A DNA stretch of 63,642 nucleotides, filler included, from Reclinomonas americana ATCC 50394 (Eukaryota), in the NCBI GenBank assembly GCA_048213135.1. It is 7 parts of 3 records of this genome, joined end to end, with 100 filler letters (N's around TTAATTAATTAA, not from the genome) between each part and the next. Parts side by side here need not be neighbours in the genome. Positions count along the whole stretch, not along the records: positions 1 to 16,152 come from PS015059.1; positions 16,253 to 19,825 come from PS015060.1; positions 19,926 to 24,409 come from PS015060.1; positions 24,510 to 32,053 come from PS015060.1; 3 more parts are not named here. The stretch is one strand, 5' to 3'. Below are positions 11,526 to 25,400 of this stretch, one piece after another. The notes beneath the pieces are model-generated. The model saw nothing but the letters and a program-made list of their open reading frames with translations. It was not told where the DNA came from and did no database searches. Every line of letters starts with the position of its first letter. Position 1 is the first letter of the stretch. Both the position numbers and the translations under genes were made by a program.

Positions 11526-14500
11526 CTATTCGGCGGGTGGTGGTGCTGCTGCTGCTGATGGGGCGGCTTCGGGTGCCGCCGGAGCTGGTGCTGCTGCTGG
11601 TGCTGCTGCTGCGGCTCCGTGTCGAATCATGGACGGCAGCGCCGATCGCACCTTTTCGTCCAACCGCGCCCAGGCGGCGGCCCACTCGGCACTGCGGCCG
11701 TGACGCACCTGCAGCAACCCGAACGCGGCACGGATCTTCAAGCGCGTCGCCTCCTCCACCTCCTTGTCGTGCAGTGCGTCGGCAATCACGCGCATCACGT
11801 GGCTCAGATTCTCCGGCTTGGTGACGCTGGCGTGATTGCTGATGGGAGGGGGGAGAACGGAAAAGGAGAGGATCAGGGCACGGCGGGAAAGGAGAACGGA
11901 ACGGGGGAGGAGCAAGAAGAGGAGCAAGAAGAGCAGCACAGAGTTCGAGGAGAAGCGAGGAGCACAAAGCACGAGGGGAAGTAAGAAGAGGACGGAGCAC
12001 GAGGGGAAGCAAGAAATGGAGCACAGCACACGAGAAAATGCAAAAGCACGGAGCACGAAAGAACCAACAAGTGAAACAGAGCACGAAGCGAAGCAAGAAG
12101 AGGATCACGGAGCACAGGGGAAGCAAGAGAAAGAGCAAGAGCACGAAGAGAAGCAAGAAGAATGCGCTAAGCACGAGGAGAGGCAAGAAGGGGAGGACGG
12201 GGCACGAGGAGAAGCAGGAAGAGGAACAAGAGGAAAACACGACGAATCAGAACACGAGGTGATTACATGGCATGATTGCGCACCGTTGCAAGAGATCCAC
12301 AAATGCGATATACACCAGCTGCTTTTCCGTGTCGTCGCCAGTGCCAACAGGCAAATTCTTGACGAACGCTGTGTAGGCGGCCTCTTGCTCGGCTCCGGCA
12401 TCCATCGTCGCAGCAATCTGCGCAAACAATGAGACATTTCCTCAGGCACCCTTGCCATACACACACGCCCACACACCTTGGCAATCGACGACAAGCAGTT
12501 GATGCGTCCGCCTTCAAACTGATCGCCCGAGCAATCGTCGTCGTCGTCGTCGTCCTCATCCTCCCCGCCGTTGTGATTGTGATCGTGCTCGTTCTCCTCA
12601 CCAGCCTCGTCATCATCGTCCTCGTCGGCAGCCGCTACCACCACTGGACGCTCGTCGGCGTCGGCGTCGGCGTCGGCGTCGTCGTCGTGCGCTTGCTCGT
12701 GGCCGTGATGGTGGCCGTGGTCGTGGTGGTGGTGGTGCTTGTGGTCGCAGACGCGACGAGCTGCGTGTGATGACAGGACCTCCAACATCGCTGTGGATTG
12801 GGGAAGAGTGAGTGAGGGGAAGGGAAAGGGAGGAGAGGGAGGAGATGGGGGAAGGGAGGTAGAGGGAAGGGAAAGAGAGGATGACAAAGAGAGGGTTCTT
12901 CACTGCTCGTCGGGCAGCAGCAGCTGCAGCCGCCGCCGCCGCCTCCACAGAAGTTGGCACACGGTTGTGATATACGTCTCTCTGTGTCGAATAGGCGAAG
13001 CGAGAAAGAGAAAAAGAGAGAGAAAGGCAAGGATACGAGATGAAGGGAGAGGTAGCGAGGCTCTTAAGAGAGAGGGGGAGAGAGACAGAGAGAGAGAGAG
13101 AAAGCAAGTTGGCTTCCAGCGAGGTGCAGAAATGAGCCCAAGGAACGGGGAGTGCGACGAAGGGAGAAGGAGCGAGACTATTGTAATTGAGTAAGATAAC
13201 GGCACAAGAGCAAGACGAAGACACTGGGAAAACGCTGCAAGAGGCGAGCAGCGTCGAAGGTAGACGGGGCAAGACAAAGGAGGAGGGAGCGAGACGAAAT
13301 AAGAGAGCGCATGCTTGGAAGAGAGTTGGCGAAGGCACAAGTGGTTTCGAAGATTGGGGAGAGTGAAATAAAAAAGAGAAAGAGAGATAGAGAGATAGAC
13401 AGTAGGAGCGAAACGCAGGCAGAGAGACAGATAAATAGAAACATACAGATAAAAGCGAACAAAAGAGAGGGAATGCAGAGGACAATGTGAAGGATGGAGA
13501 GGTGTCTGTCTATGTCCCTTCTTTCTTCGCCCCCTCTTTGCCCCCCTCCTCCCTTGCCCCATTTCACAAACCTGTGGCCATTGGCTTCCAGCTGTCACCC
13601 GTGCCGGGAACCAACCCGAGACCCCACGCGCACGACTGGTGCAAGTAGGGCAGTGGCGACGAGATGTGCTCGAGGAAGAACGACACGGCGCCCGTGACGA
13701 CCGCCGGCGGCACCGCCACGTTCACCAGCTCCAGCACATCGCACAGAATCACCGCAGCCACATTGAGCATGCCGGGATCCGATCCGCATTGCTGTCGCAC
13801 CCGTCCGCGATGAGTGACTACAAATTAAGACGACAAGGGGCAGCGAATAACAAACCGCCAGGGGACCCACAACAGTGCCGAGGCCTTGCATGAACTGCTC
13901 GCGGAATGATGCTGATTTGCGCAGCAGCGTCTCGACCAACTCACAGAACTGCATGCACGCGCGCACACACAATAAATAGTCAGCCAACGCCCTCCGCGCT
14001 TTGCAATCAACAACAGCAGACGCAACAGCCTGCAAGACGGCATCGTCGGCAGTGAGCTCGTCAAACGCCGCCTCGGCATCCTCCTCGTCGTCGCCGTCGT
14101 CGTTACCGAGGACCTCTGCAGCAGCCATCTGAGGTGAGAAGCACACAATCCAGCATGGAGAGAGGGAGAGAGACGAAAGAGACACCAACCAATGAGTCGG
14201 GCTCGGTTGGAGGCACGAGAGCCCAAGAAGCCAAAGACCTCGGCAAACAGCGGGGAGGCCATATTGGCGACTTGCTGCGAGTCCTCCGGCCATGTGCGGA
14301 TCAATTCGGCGGTGGCGGAGATGCGGCTGGCAATGGCGAATGCTGTGAGAGGGGAAGGAGGGGGACAGGGTGGGTGATGGGGGAAGGGGAAGAGGAAGGG
14401 GGAAGGAAAGGGGGAAAACAGGGGGAAGGAAAGGGNNNNNNNNNNNNNNNNNNNNGCAGGGGGAAGGAGAAGGGGGAAGGAAAAGGGGGAAGGAAAAGGG

Positions 14501-15975
14501 GGAAGGTGCAGGGGGAAGGAGAAGGGGGAAGGAAAAGGGGGAAGGAAAAGGGGGAAGGAAAGGGGAAGGAACAGGGGGAAGAGGACAGGAAAGAGGAAGG
14601 AAAAGGGGGCGAAGAGAGAGAGATCGGACATGCAGGATGGACATGCGGATCTGTTATAGAAAGAGGAAGGGGAAGTGGGGAGAGGAAGAAATATGAAGGA
14701 GAAGGAATACAAATGAGGAAGAGAGAGGAACATGCGGAAGGTGTTTCACGCAGGGCGGGCGAGAGAGAGCGAGCGAATGATTCGAGAGACGTCTTCGCGC
14801 CTTCACAGTCACAAACTCACCGGACGATTCGTCGCGGATGTTTGAGATGAACTGCACAATGGCCTCTTGGTCCCAGTCCTTGCCTGCAGAATCGTGCAGT
14901 GAGTGAGCACATCGAGCAAGGAAGCAGCCAGTCAAGATGCAGACGCACCCGCCAATTTGCCCGAGAGGCACAGCCGACTAGCGCACTGCGCAGCGGCAGC
15001 GCGCACCTCCTCGACGTACTCGAAGCGAATCAAAGCCATGACGACGGGCAGCAAGGCGGCCGCATGTGGGGCGAGAAGCACCTGGCATGTCTCCGCCAAG
15101 TCGTTCAAGAAGGCAATGGCTGCGTTAGCACACACACACACAAATGAGAAAGGAGAAAAAAAAGAGGAAAAGACTGCCGGCACATCTCACCGATGCGGAT
15201 GGCGGCGATTTGCTTCACGTTGACCATTCCGCCCTGCAAGTGCGGCAATGTGAGCAAGAGGCAGGAAGGGAGAAGGGGGCGGGTGGTGCCGGACAAGAGT
15301 GAGACAGTCCGCCAGAGCCCGCTTCTGGCTCGCTTACTCGACAGCTCTCTTTTCTCTGTCGCTTGTGTGCGCGTGAGTCTGTGTGTCTGTATCTCCATTT
15401 GCCTAACTGGCTTGCTCTCTTTTTCTATCAAGCTGGCACATTTTCTCTGTCAGGGTGCCTGGCTGTGTGCTTGTATCTCTCTGTCTTCCATTGTCGGTAA
15501 AGCTCCCTCTTTCACCCTTCTCCCGCAATGCGCAACTCGGCGGTAGTTGCCCATGTCAGAGGCAAACAATTCGAATCCCTCTGGCGGCTCAGGGAATTCC
15601 TCTGTCCATGCGATCAAGGTTCATGAGTAACATCGAACAATATGGTGCACTCGACACGGAACGCCAGCAAACCATCGGCATCCAGCGCAAATGAGCGCAC
15701 TTCCGGCACTGTCGACAGAGCGGCAATGAGCGCCGTAATGATGCCCGCCATGTGGTTTCCGGCCAGCGCAGGCGCCTTGGAGAGCACGTGCAGCCAGGTG
15801 CGCAGCTGTGATTTGCCGGCGTCATCATCGCGCACGACAAAGTCTGCAACGATTCGTGAGTGCGGGGTCAGGGAGACAGAAGAGAAGGAGGGGCGCCGAC
15901 GAAACTGGAGCTGAGCAGGCGATCCAAAAACACACGCGAGTCTTCGCGGCACTCGTCAATGCCACGCTCCGTCAC
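11526..15975 (-). CDS. Importin-beta family karyopherin, importin-5/Kap121-like, C-terminal part; 5' end lost in gap
   Basis: HEAT-like exons LLPVVMALIRFEYVEEVRAAAAQC, an acidic DDEEDAE...DDAVLQA segment, HQSCAWGLG, INCLSSIAK and NLPV...PENLSHVMRVIA follow the IPO5 layout. Confidence 0.7.
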
Positions 15976-16112
15976 TGCGGGGAAGGGGGAAGGGGAAGGG
16001 GAAGGGAAGGGGGAAGGGGATGAGGAGGGAAGGGGAAGGGGAAGGGGAAGGGGAGGAGGAGGAGGAGGAGGAGGAGGAGGAGGAGAGAGGAGGAGAGGAG
16101 GAGAGGAGAGAG

Positions 16113-16152
<40 letters not shown>

Positions 16153-16366
16153 NNNNNNNNNNNNNNNNNNNNNNNNNNNNNNNNNNNNNNNNNNNNTTAA
16201 TTAATTAANNNNNNNNNNNNNNNNNNNNNNNNNNNNNNNNNNNNNNNNNNNNGTAACGTAACGTAACGTAACGTAACGTAACGTAACGGTACGGTACGGT
16301 ACGGTACGGTACGGTACGTACGTAACGTACGTACGTACTACTACTACTCTCTTCTTACTACTACTA

Positions 16367-16451
<85 letters not shown>

Positions 16452-16676
16452 CTGTCTCTCCTTGTCAGTCTGTCCCCGTGACTGTCTGCCTCTCTGTGTG
16501 TGTCTGTCTCTCGTCTTTCTTTTCTTCATTTACCTTCCCTTGCTCCGTCTCTGCCTCTTCCTCTCTGTCTGTCTCTCTCGTCTGCTCTCCTCTCCTCTCT
16601 CTCTCCCTCCTTCACCACTCTCTTCCCCTCTCAGCTGCATCGCTCTCACTCACAATTCTCTCTCACTCCCTCGCAG

Positions 16677-18411
16677 TCGCATTGGTGAGAAGGCACTGTA
16701 CTGGGGACTTGCGCGACTGGGCATTGCGCACACTCCCAAGTGGTACTACGATCCCAAGAAGAAGGTCTGTTCTTCAGCTCAACTTACCCATCTCCCTGTC
16801 TTCCATTTCTTTCGCTCTTCGTGTTCAGCTCATTCTCTGTCTCTCCTGCCCCTCTCTTCCTCCATGCCTCTCGCTCTCTCTACTCTTGCTCTGTTTCTCC
16901 CTGCTGTGCTCCGTCTCTCCTGCCCCCCTCTTCCTCCATGTCTCCCACTCTCTCTTCTCTTGCTCAGCTTCTCCCTGCTGTGCCCTATCTCTCCTGCCCC
17001 TCTCTTCCTCCATGTTTCTCACTCTCTCTTCTCTTGCTCAGCTTCTCCCTGCTGTGCCCTATCTCTCCTGCCCCTCTCTTCATCCATGCCTCTCGCTCTC
17101 TCTACTCTTGCTCTGCTTCTCCCTGCTGTGCCCTATCTCTCCTGCCCCTCTCTTCCTCCGTGTCTCTCGCTCTCTCTTCTCTTGCTCTGCTTCTCCCTGC
17201 TGTGCCCTATCTCTCCTGCCCCTCTCTTCCTCCATGTTTCTCANNNNNNNNNNNNNNNNNNNNNNNNNNNNNNNNNNNNNNNNNNNNNNNNNNNNNNNNN
17301 NNNNNNNNNNNNNNNNNNNNNNNNNNNNNNNNNNNNNNNNNNNNNNNNNNNNNNNNNNNNNNNNNNNNNNNNNNNNNNNNNNNNNNNNNNNNNNNNNNNN
17401 NNNNNNNNNNNNNNNNNNNNNNNNNNNNNNNNNNNNNNNNNNNNNNNNNNNNNNNNNNNNNNNNNNNNNNNNNNNNNNNNNNNNNNNNNNNNNNNNNNNN
17501 NNNNNNNNNNNNNNNNNNNNNNNNNNNNNNNNNNNNNNNNNNNNNNNNNNNNNNNNNNNNNNNNNNNNNNNNNNNNNNNNNNNNNNNNNNNNNNNNNNNN
17601 NNNNNNNNNNNNNNNNNNNNNNNNNNNNNNNNNNNNNNNNNNNNNNNNNNNNNNNNNNNNNNNNNNNNNNNNNNNNNNNNNNNNNNNNNNNNNNNNNNNN
17701 NNNNNNNNNNNNNNNNNNNNNNNNNNNNNNNNNNNNNNNNNNNNNNNNNNNNNNNNNNNNNNNNNNNNNNNNNNNNNNNNNNNNNNNNNNNNNNNNNNNN
17801 NNNNNNNNNNNNNNNNNNNNNNNNNNNNNNNNNNNNNNNNNNNNNNNNNNNNNNNNNNNNNNNNNNNNNNNNNNNNNTCCCTCTCTTCCTCCATGCCTCT
17901 CACTCTCTCTTCTCTTGCTCAGCTTCTCCCTGCTGTGCCCTATCTCTCCTGCCCCTCTCTTACTCTCTCTTCTCTTGCTCTGCTTCTCCCTGCTGTGCCC
18001 TATCTCTCCTGTCCCTCTCTTCCTCCGTGCCTCTCTCTCTCTCTTCTCTTGCTCAGCTTCTCCCTGCCGTGCTCCGTCTCTCCTGTCCCTCTCTTCCTCC
18101 ATGCCTCTCACTCTCTCTTCTCTTGCTCTGCTTCTCCCTGCTGTATTCCCTGTCTCCTCGTTCCCTGCTCTCTCGCACGAGCATTCTCGCTCAATACCAG
18201 TCTTTTCTTCCATCTATCCCTCCCACATTCTTACTTCATCTCTCCTTCATTCCCTTTTCCCCCTTTCCTTCTTCCTCTCACCCTTCCCTCCCCTCCCAAG
18301 TACTCGGAAAACATGTCCGCCCACCGCGAATGGAAAACCTCGAAACTCTTCTCCCCTCGTCTCGCTTTGACTGCATCATCATCGACAACAACAACAATGG
18401 CGCGACGATGA
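16677..18411 (+). CDS. 3' exons of an unidentified gene
   Basis: Exon about 16677-16764 (RIGEKALYWGLARLGIAHTPKWYYDPKKK) is flanked by cag/gt. A probable last exon starts at about 18301 (YSENMSAHREWK...). Confidence 0.4.
16840..18150. repeat. CT-rich intronic minisatellite, about 80-bp unit, spanning a gap
   Basis: Repeated ctctcctgcccctctcttcctccatg...cttctccctgctgtgccctat units on both sides of the N gap. Confidence 0.85.
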
Positions 18412-18442
18412 GAAAACAACCCCTCCACCACGTGTGTATTAT

Positions 18443-21400
18443 CTATCTGCCTTGTCGCTGGGAAAAGGCGTATCGGTGATCCAACTCGCTTCTGTCGTCG
18501 CGTTGCTGCTGGGAGGAGAGGTACTCGAGTGTCTGCGACACCGACTGGGAGCTCTCCAGGTAGCGATTGCGCATGGCCTGCGTCTCAGCCTGCAAGCATG
18601 TGATTGAATGAGAACGAATGACAACATGTGTGTGCGTTTCGGCGACGGCAATCAATGACCTCCAGTTGCTCGAGTGCCCTGGCGCGCTCGGCCATCTCCG
18701 ATCGCTTCTTTGTCTCACGCGGTGATAATCGCCCAGCTGCTGCGGACGCCGCCGGAGCCGCCAAAGCTGAAGCAGTGGCGGTGGTCGTAGTACTTACTGC
18801 CGCCGCCGGCGACGGCACCTCGAGATACACATCCGTGTGATCGGCTCTCCTCGGCGACGGCTGCGGCAGTGGCACTGGCGACATGCGCAGCGACGACGAC
18901 GGGTCGCCCACGGCCAATGACGACGCGTCAAGGCTGTCACTAGGCAGTGGTGTACCACCCAGCGATTGACGAGCGGCGCGCTCATCGTGCCGTTGCCGGA
19001 AAAAGTCTCGCAAAGCCGACGCCACCTGCACTGCACGAGCGGCCGGTCTCCCGATCCCCACACCACCGCCGCCGCCACTGCTGCCACTGGCGGCCATGGA
19101 GGACTGCGACAGCGGGGGCGCACCACCATTGCCCACCAGCGGTGCCACGATGGGCGGTTGTGTGTACGGCGACGGGTCGTTCATCGCCGACACACTCTGG
19201 TTGTCGGACAGCGGGTCGTCCCACGACGCCAGCTCACTCGTGCGAGCCGCCTGCTCGTCGAGGACCAGTCCGCCACCGTTGCCACGCATGCCGTCCATGA
19301 CGTAGCCGAGCTCCGAATCCGTGCCATCACCGCCCCCGACAAAGCCACCGCCGACTCCTCCCGTGCCACGCATGGTGGCCAGGGCCGACTCGAGGTGCGC
19401 AATGCGCGAACGCAGCGTCTCCTTGTCCATGGGGTTTGGTGCGGGCGGCGTTGGTGCCGATGCCGACATGTCTCCTAATGTGGGAGACAGAAGAGGGTGA
19501 CAAGGATGCTCTCCGACAACCCACCTCTTAAGAGTCACTCACCAAACATGCCGCGCCCACCCATGCCGAGCATCGTGTGTGCCATGGCAGATGGAACGCC
19601 ATATCGCGACTGCAACTCCACCACCTGCCGCTCTAGCGTCTCATTCGACTGCTCCAGTCCACCACGCAGTATTTGCAGACGATCGCGCTCCTGCAGTCAT
19701 CGACAAGATTGGCTTTCGAATCCGCACACACATCCACGGGCACACACTCACACAATCCGCATACACACATTCTCCTGTCTCAGTGTATTCTTACTCACAT
19801 ACACTCACAACACTAGACGTGCAATNNNNNNNNNNNNNNNNNNNNNNNNNNNNNNNNNNNNNNNNNNNNTTAATTAATTAANNNNNNNNNNNNNNNNNNN
19901 NNNNNNNNNNNNNNNNNNNNNNNNNGACACACACACACACACACACACTCACTCACTCACTCACTCACTCACAAACAACACTAGACGTGCACAATCACAC
20001 ACACACGCAAGTGTAACGCATACTAACATGCACAGATGTCACACAATCACTCACGCAAACTAACAAGGACGCAAAGCCTCCTGTCTCAGTGCATTCTCTC
20101 TCACATACACACACTCTCTCACTCTCTCTCTCTCTCTCTCTCTCTTTCTTTCACATGCTCACCATTTGCGCCACCTCCAACCGCTCCTGCAGCGTGCCAC
20201 ACTCATCCTCCAACGACTGCGCCTTGGAAGAGATACGCTCCAGTCGCTCCACCAGCTGCAGACGTTCGCGGCGCATATCCTCCACGTCTGCACTCGCACA
20301 GCCATCATCAATACGCACTCTCGCTCGCAACCGTACAAGCACAAGCGACGCACCTTGATGCAACCGAGCCATCTTCTGGTCCTGCAGCTGCATCGACGAA
20401 AGTGCGTCGGAGAGCGACTGGTGGTACACGTAGATCCACTCCTTCAGCTCGGCAATCGAGGCAGTCGTCGACAAGAGGCTGCACGAGGTGCATGAGTATG
20501 ACGGAGGGCAGACAGGCAGGCAGGCCACTCAAATACACACCCTTCGCGCACGACATTCGGCAGCACTTTGCTCGGGTGTCGCGACTGCATGCCACAGAAA
20601 ATTAGATCAATGTGTTCGCGGAGAGCAATCCCGTGCGCCATCACGCAACTGCCGGTGGCGAGTGCACAGCCGCGCTGAACGCGGGCGGGAACAGCTCCGA
20701 GAACAGCGACAGGTCGTCGTACAGACTGCGAATGTTGGCCAGGAAAAGCTCCCACTGGTGGTCCTGCTGCTTCAGTGGCGAGGCGGGAGCGCCGGCATCT
20801 GGCTTGCTCGAGGCATCGTGCACGGCAGCCGTCACCGCGGCCGTAAAGACCGGTGACCGGCCCGATGCAGCCGCCGTTTCTGCCGACGGTGACGGGGTGG
20901 CCAGCGCTGGTGAGGCTCCTAGTGCAAGGGGAAAGGAAAGCAGATGAACAGCAAGGAAGCGATGATGTACAAGCCACCAAACTCACCAGTGGGCAGCAAC
21001 GGTTTCGGATTCATCACCGCCGTGTGCATAACACCTTGCTTCAACGACTGCGGCAAGTGTTTGGAAAGGTAGCCAATCACCTGCAGGCTAGAGTGAATGA
21101 ACCAATGACTGTTCGCATATAGTGCACCCTCCCACGCACCCGATCATCGCGGCTGATTTGCAACTTGGACGTCGACGACACGGTGTGGTAGAGCGACTGG
21201 AACTCCGACTTGACAATCTCCTGATTGCGCTCGCATTCGCGCACGCGATGCAGCAACACGGCAATGATCAAGAACACATCGGCGATGATGCGCTCGGTGA
21301 ATTTGGTGGCGTCGTTGGACGGGACTGCGAAGCGGCAATTTAGAATCACGAGAGTACCGTCAAATTCTATCTCTCTCCGTGTAAGTGTGTGTGTCAAGGA

Positions 21401-21520
21401 GGAACATCTGCAGGTGACCTCTGGGGGTTTCTCTGCTTTCTGTCGAACTGCCTCTCTCACAGTTCCCTCTTCGTCGTTTCCTGCTTTCCCTTATCTATAC
21501 CATTTCTTGCACAGCCTATT

Positions 21521-21577
<57 letters not shown>

Positions 21578-22403
21578 GTCGTCGTCGTCGTACGTACGTA
21601 CGTACGTACGTACGTACGTACGTACGTACGTACGTACGTACGTACGTACGTACGTACGTACGTACGTACGTCGTCGTACGTCGTCGTACGTCGTCGNNNN
21701 NNNNNNNNNNNNNNNNNNNNNNNNNNNNNNNNNNNNNNNNNNNNNNNNNNNNNNNNNNNNNNNNNNNNNNNNNNNNNNNNNNNNNNNNNNNNNNNNNNNN
21801 NNNNNNNNNNNNNNNNNNNNNNNNNNNNNNNNNNNNNNNNNNNNNNNNNNNNNNNNNNNNNNNNNNNNNNNNNNNNNNNNNNNNNNNNNNNNNNNNNNNN
21901 NNNNNNNNNNNNNNNNNNNNNNNNNNNNNNNNNNNNNNNNNNNNNNNNNNNNNNNNNNNNNNNNNNNNNNNNNNNNNNNNNNNNNNNNNNNNNNNNNNNN
22001 NNNNNNNNNNNNNNNNNNNNNNNNNNNNNNNNNNNNNNNNNNNNNNNNNNNNNNNNNNNNNNNNNNNNNNNNNNNNNNNNNNNNNNNNNNNNNNNNNNNN
22101 NNNNNNNNNNNNNNNNNNNNNNNNNNNNNNNNNNNNNNNNNNNNNNNNNNNNNNNNNNNNNNNNNNNNNNNNNNNNNNNNNNNNNNNNNNNNNNNNNNNN
22201 NNNNNNNNNNNNNNNNNNNNNNNNNNNNNNNNNNNNNNNNNNNNNNNNNNNNNNNNNNNNNNNNNNNNNCGGGTGGAGTTCAATAATAGCAATAGCTGCA
22301 GGAGGTCAACTACGAAGTACTTCTTCGTCTACGTCTGTCTCCTCGTCTCTCCTCTCCTCTCTCCTCCTTCCTTCTCTCTCTACCTACTTCTACTGTCACT
22401 CGT

Positions 22404-22458
<55 letters not shown>

Positions 22459-25400
22459 TGTGTGTCAAGGTGGCGCAAAAGACAAGCCCGCAGGAGTTTT
22501 CTGAGCACTTCTCTGTCTCCAAGTCTATGTACCTCCCCCTCAACCTCTCTCTTCTCGCAGTGTCCCTGTCGCACTCTCACTCCTGAGCTCCTCCCTGAAC
22601 CTCTCTCTGTCTATATGCCTCTCCTTCCCTTTCTCTCCCTCCCTCTCCTCCCCCTCTCCCTCTCCCTCCCCTCTCCCTCCCCCTCTCCCTCTCCTCCCCC
22701 CTCTCCCCCCTCTTTGCCCCTACAACGCACCATCACTACCCGTCTCTGGAGGCTCCGGGGTCTGCAGGTCGTGCAGTTCCACATACCAGTGCTGACGGAA
22801 CGAGACAACCAACTTGCGCAACTGCGACACGAAATAAATCAGCACTTTCGCGTGCCACGCAGAATCTCTTCGACTCTACACGCAACTCGGTCCATTGCAG
22901 CAATCGACTTGAAGTACACTTCCCGATTCTGCGACAGTCGGCTGCGCAGTTCGTGCGAGATCAATCCCTTCTTGTTGCCGTCGTCGGTCAGCAACGACAC
23001 GGTCTGGTCCAGCGTCGAGGTGTTCTTCTCCAGAATCTGCACCTGCTGTCGCAGCGACGAGTTGTGCGACTCCAGCACCTGCACAGCCGAGGTCAGCGAC
23101 CCAAGCACCACATCTCCAACAAAACGAGAGACATGCCTCGCACTGCTTCTTCAGCGTCTCGATCTCGGCCACCTTCTCCAATAGCGTCTCCTGCAGCACA
23201 AACACCGAGTTTGGCATGTCCTGTCCGAGTAGCGAGCGGAACGTGGCCGCATTGGCACTCGGTCCGCGCTGCAACAGTTCCTCCATCACGTTCAACGATT
23301 GCTGACCGCTGGCCAGTCGCTCGTGCTCTCGATGCAAACGCTGCTCGAGTTCCATGAGCGGTGTCGGATTTCCGTCGGCCTCCAGGCGCTGATGCTCCAG
23401 GGCCAAAACATAGTCATCCGCAATACCCACATCGGTGGTTCGTGGATACATGGCGCGGTTGGCGCGCGGTGTCGACGATGCGCCCGCCGACGCTGCTGCC
23501 GCTGCCGCTGCCGACGACGACGATGACGATACCGGCATGCGACTCTCGCTGCCACTGGCAATCTCCAGCGTGGGGTCACTGCGCGTCGGAGAGACAGATG
23601 AGCAACACAGAAGGAAAAAAGCGAGAGAGTCACGGTGCGACGCAACAAGTGCCCACTGGCGCCCGAGTGTGTCGGGTATCGCGGCGAGGCTGTGGCCAGG
23701 TAGGACTCCATCTTGCCGTCACCAGGACTGCCGGGTGAGCGCAACGTCGCAAATCGCTGTGCGTGGCTCAGTTGCAGCCTACGAGAGTGGATCAGCAAAC
23801 GAGGCACTTCTCCATTGCCAGTAGAGGATACAAACCTCGCCGCATCCAACTGCTCGCGCAGCGACTTGCTCAACGCACGCTCCTTGTTCAACTCACTCTC
23901 CAGAGCCCGGTACTGATGCTGGAGATTGCGATGCGCGGCCGCCATCACCTCCGACTGCCGGCGCTCGTCCATCAGCTGTCGCTTGGTTTCCTCCAGCAGA
24001 CGCTCCGATGCCACTCGCTCCACCACACTCCGTTCCTGCATGGCATGCGCCATGAGCGGAGTGGCCAAGCGGAATGCCCACTTATTGCACGGAGGACGCA
24101 CCTTCTCTTCCAGATCACGGTACGGCCCCTTGCCGCTCAGCGCGTCCAACTTGCGCTGCAAGTCGGCGGCCAACTGACGGTAGTCAATCTCCTCGTTCAC
24201 CACTGGTTTGATGGCCACGGTGCGAGCCCGGTGTCCGAATAACAGAGAACCCGTGGTCTCGCTGACATTTCTGTCGGCCGGACCAATGTTGACGAGCAGC
24301 GAGGTGCGGCTGTTGCCGCCGAGGGTGTCCTGTGGGAGGGAAAGGGGGAAAGGGGGGGGGGAGGGGAGGGAGGAGAAGGAGGGGGGGGAGGGGGGGAGGA
24401 GGAAGAAGGNNNNNNNNNNNNNNNNNNNNNNNNNNNNNNNNNNNNNNNNNNNNTTAATTAATTAANNNNNNNNNNNNNNNNNNNNNNNNNNNNNNNNNNN
24501 NNNNNNNNNTACTCTCTCTCTCTCTCTCTATTTTCAAGAGACCTTGTCGCTGTGTTGCTTTCTCTGTGTGCTCAATCGACATGACTCTGTGTTTGAGCAG
24601 CTTCTGTACTCTGCCCACAGATTGTCATTCTGCGCAAATCCTCTCTATTTTCAAGAGAGCTTCGGTGCACTCTGGCAGAACATACTGGTCGCTCTCTCTC
24701 TCTTTCTCTCTCTACACGCTCAGTGCATTCAGAGCAGCTCCAACAGTTATCACTGTGCGCTTCCTCTGCCCTCTCTCTCTCTCTTTTTCTCCCTATTGTT
24801 TGTTCGCACGCAACTTGCAGTAATCTGGTGAGCTTCGAGTCACGCCACGGCACGAATCGCGAAGATGAGGCTGGGTCGGAGAGCGCGGCAATCACGTTGC
24901 CGAGGGCTGAAAGTGAAAGGTTGATGCTCTTGGCCTCCTCCAGATGCTGGCCCTCGGCGTGCGTCTTGGCGGCACGCTCGCTGCCGGCCAGATCGACGCA
25001 TGTGAACTTGGCGCGCACGGTGCTGCGTGTGAGGAAAGAGGAATTTAGCAAGAGAGATGGAGGCAAAGAAGGAAGTGAAGACAGAGCGAGGAGGACATAA
25101 AGAGAGTGAGAGAGAGAGGGAGAATGAGATAAATAGGCAGAGCGAGTGACACAAATTCAGACGAGTACTTCGAGGCTTGCAAGGCAGAAGGAGCAGGGAG
25201 AAAATGAGCGAAACATAATCATGGGCTCACAGACAAATGGAAAGAGAGAGAAGAGAGAGAAAGAGAGAGAGACAGAAAGAGAGGAAACAGAAATGAGGCG
25301 AGAAAAGGCGATGGCGACAGAGAAGCAGACAAACAGAAAGCGAGTGAGAGTGAGAGAGAGAGAGAGACAGAGACAGAGGCAGAGGTAGCGATGAAATAAA

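Noticed and set aside
13029-13036. GTATCCTT (U12-like donor) on the minus strand
   Set aside because: Lies in pyrimidine-rich intronic sequence with no credible upstream exon or matching branch box.
16197-16208. TTAATTAATTAA palindrome inside N runs (also near 19870, 24454, 32098, 58259, 60727)
   Set aside because: Identical motif centred in N blocks with stops in all six frames: an artificial contig linker. Adjacency across these joins is not guaranteed.
16462-18479. 579-649 aa ORFs (and similar ORFs at 21225-22504, 28673-29954, 46340-48309)
   Set aside because: Open only because they run through Ns and stop-free CT repeats.
21575-21696. (TACG)n / (GTAC)n runs beside gaps (also 16253-16345 and 28884-28920)
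   Set aside because: They occur only at contig ends after microsatellites and match pyrosequencing flow-order noise, so they are not biological repeats.
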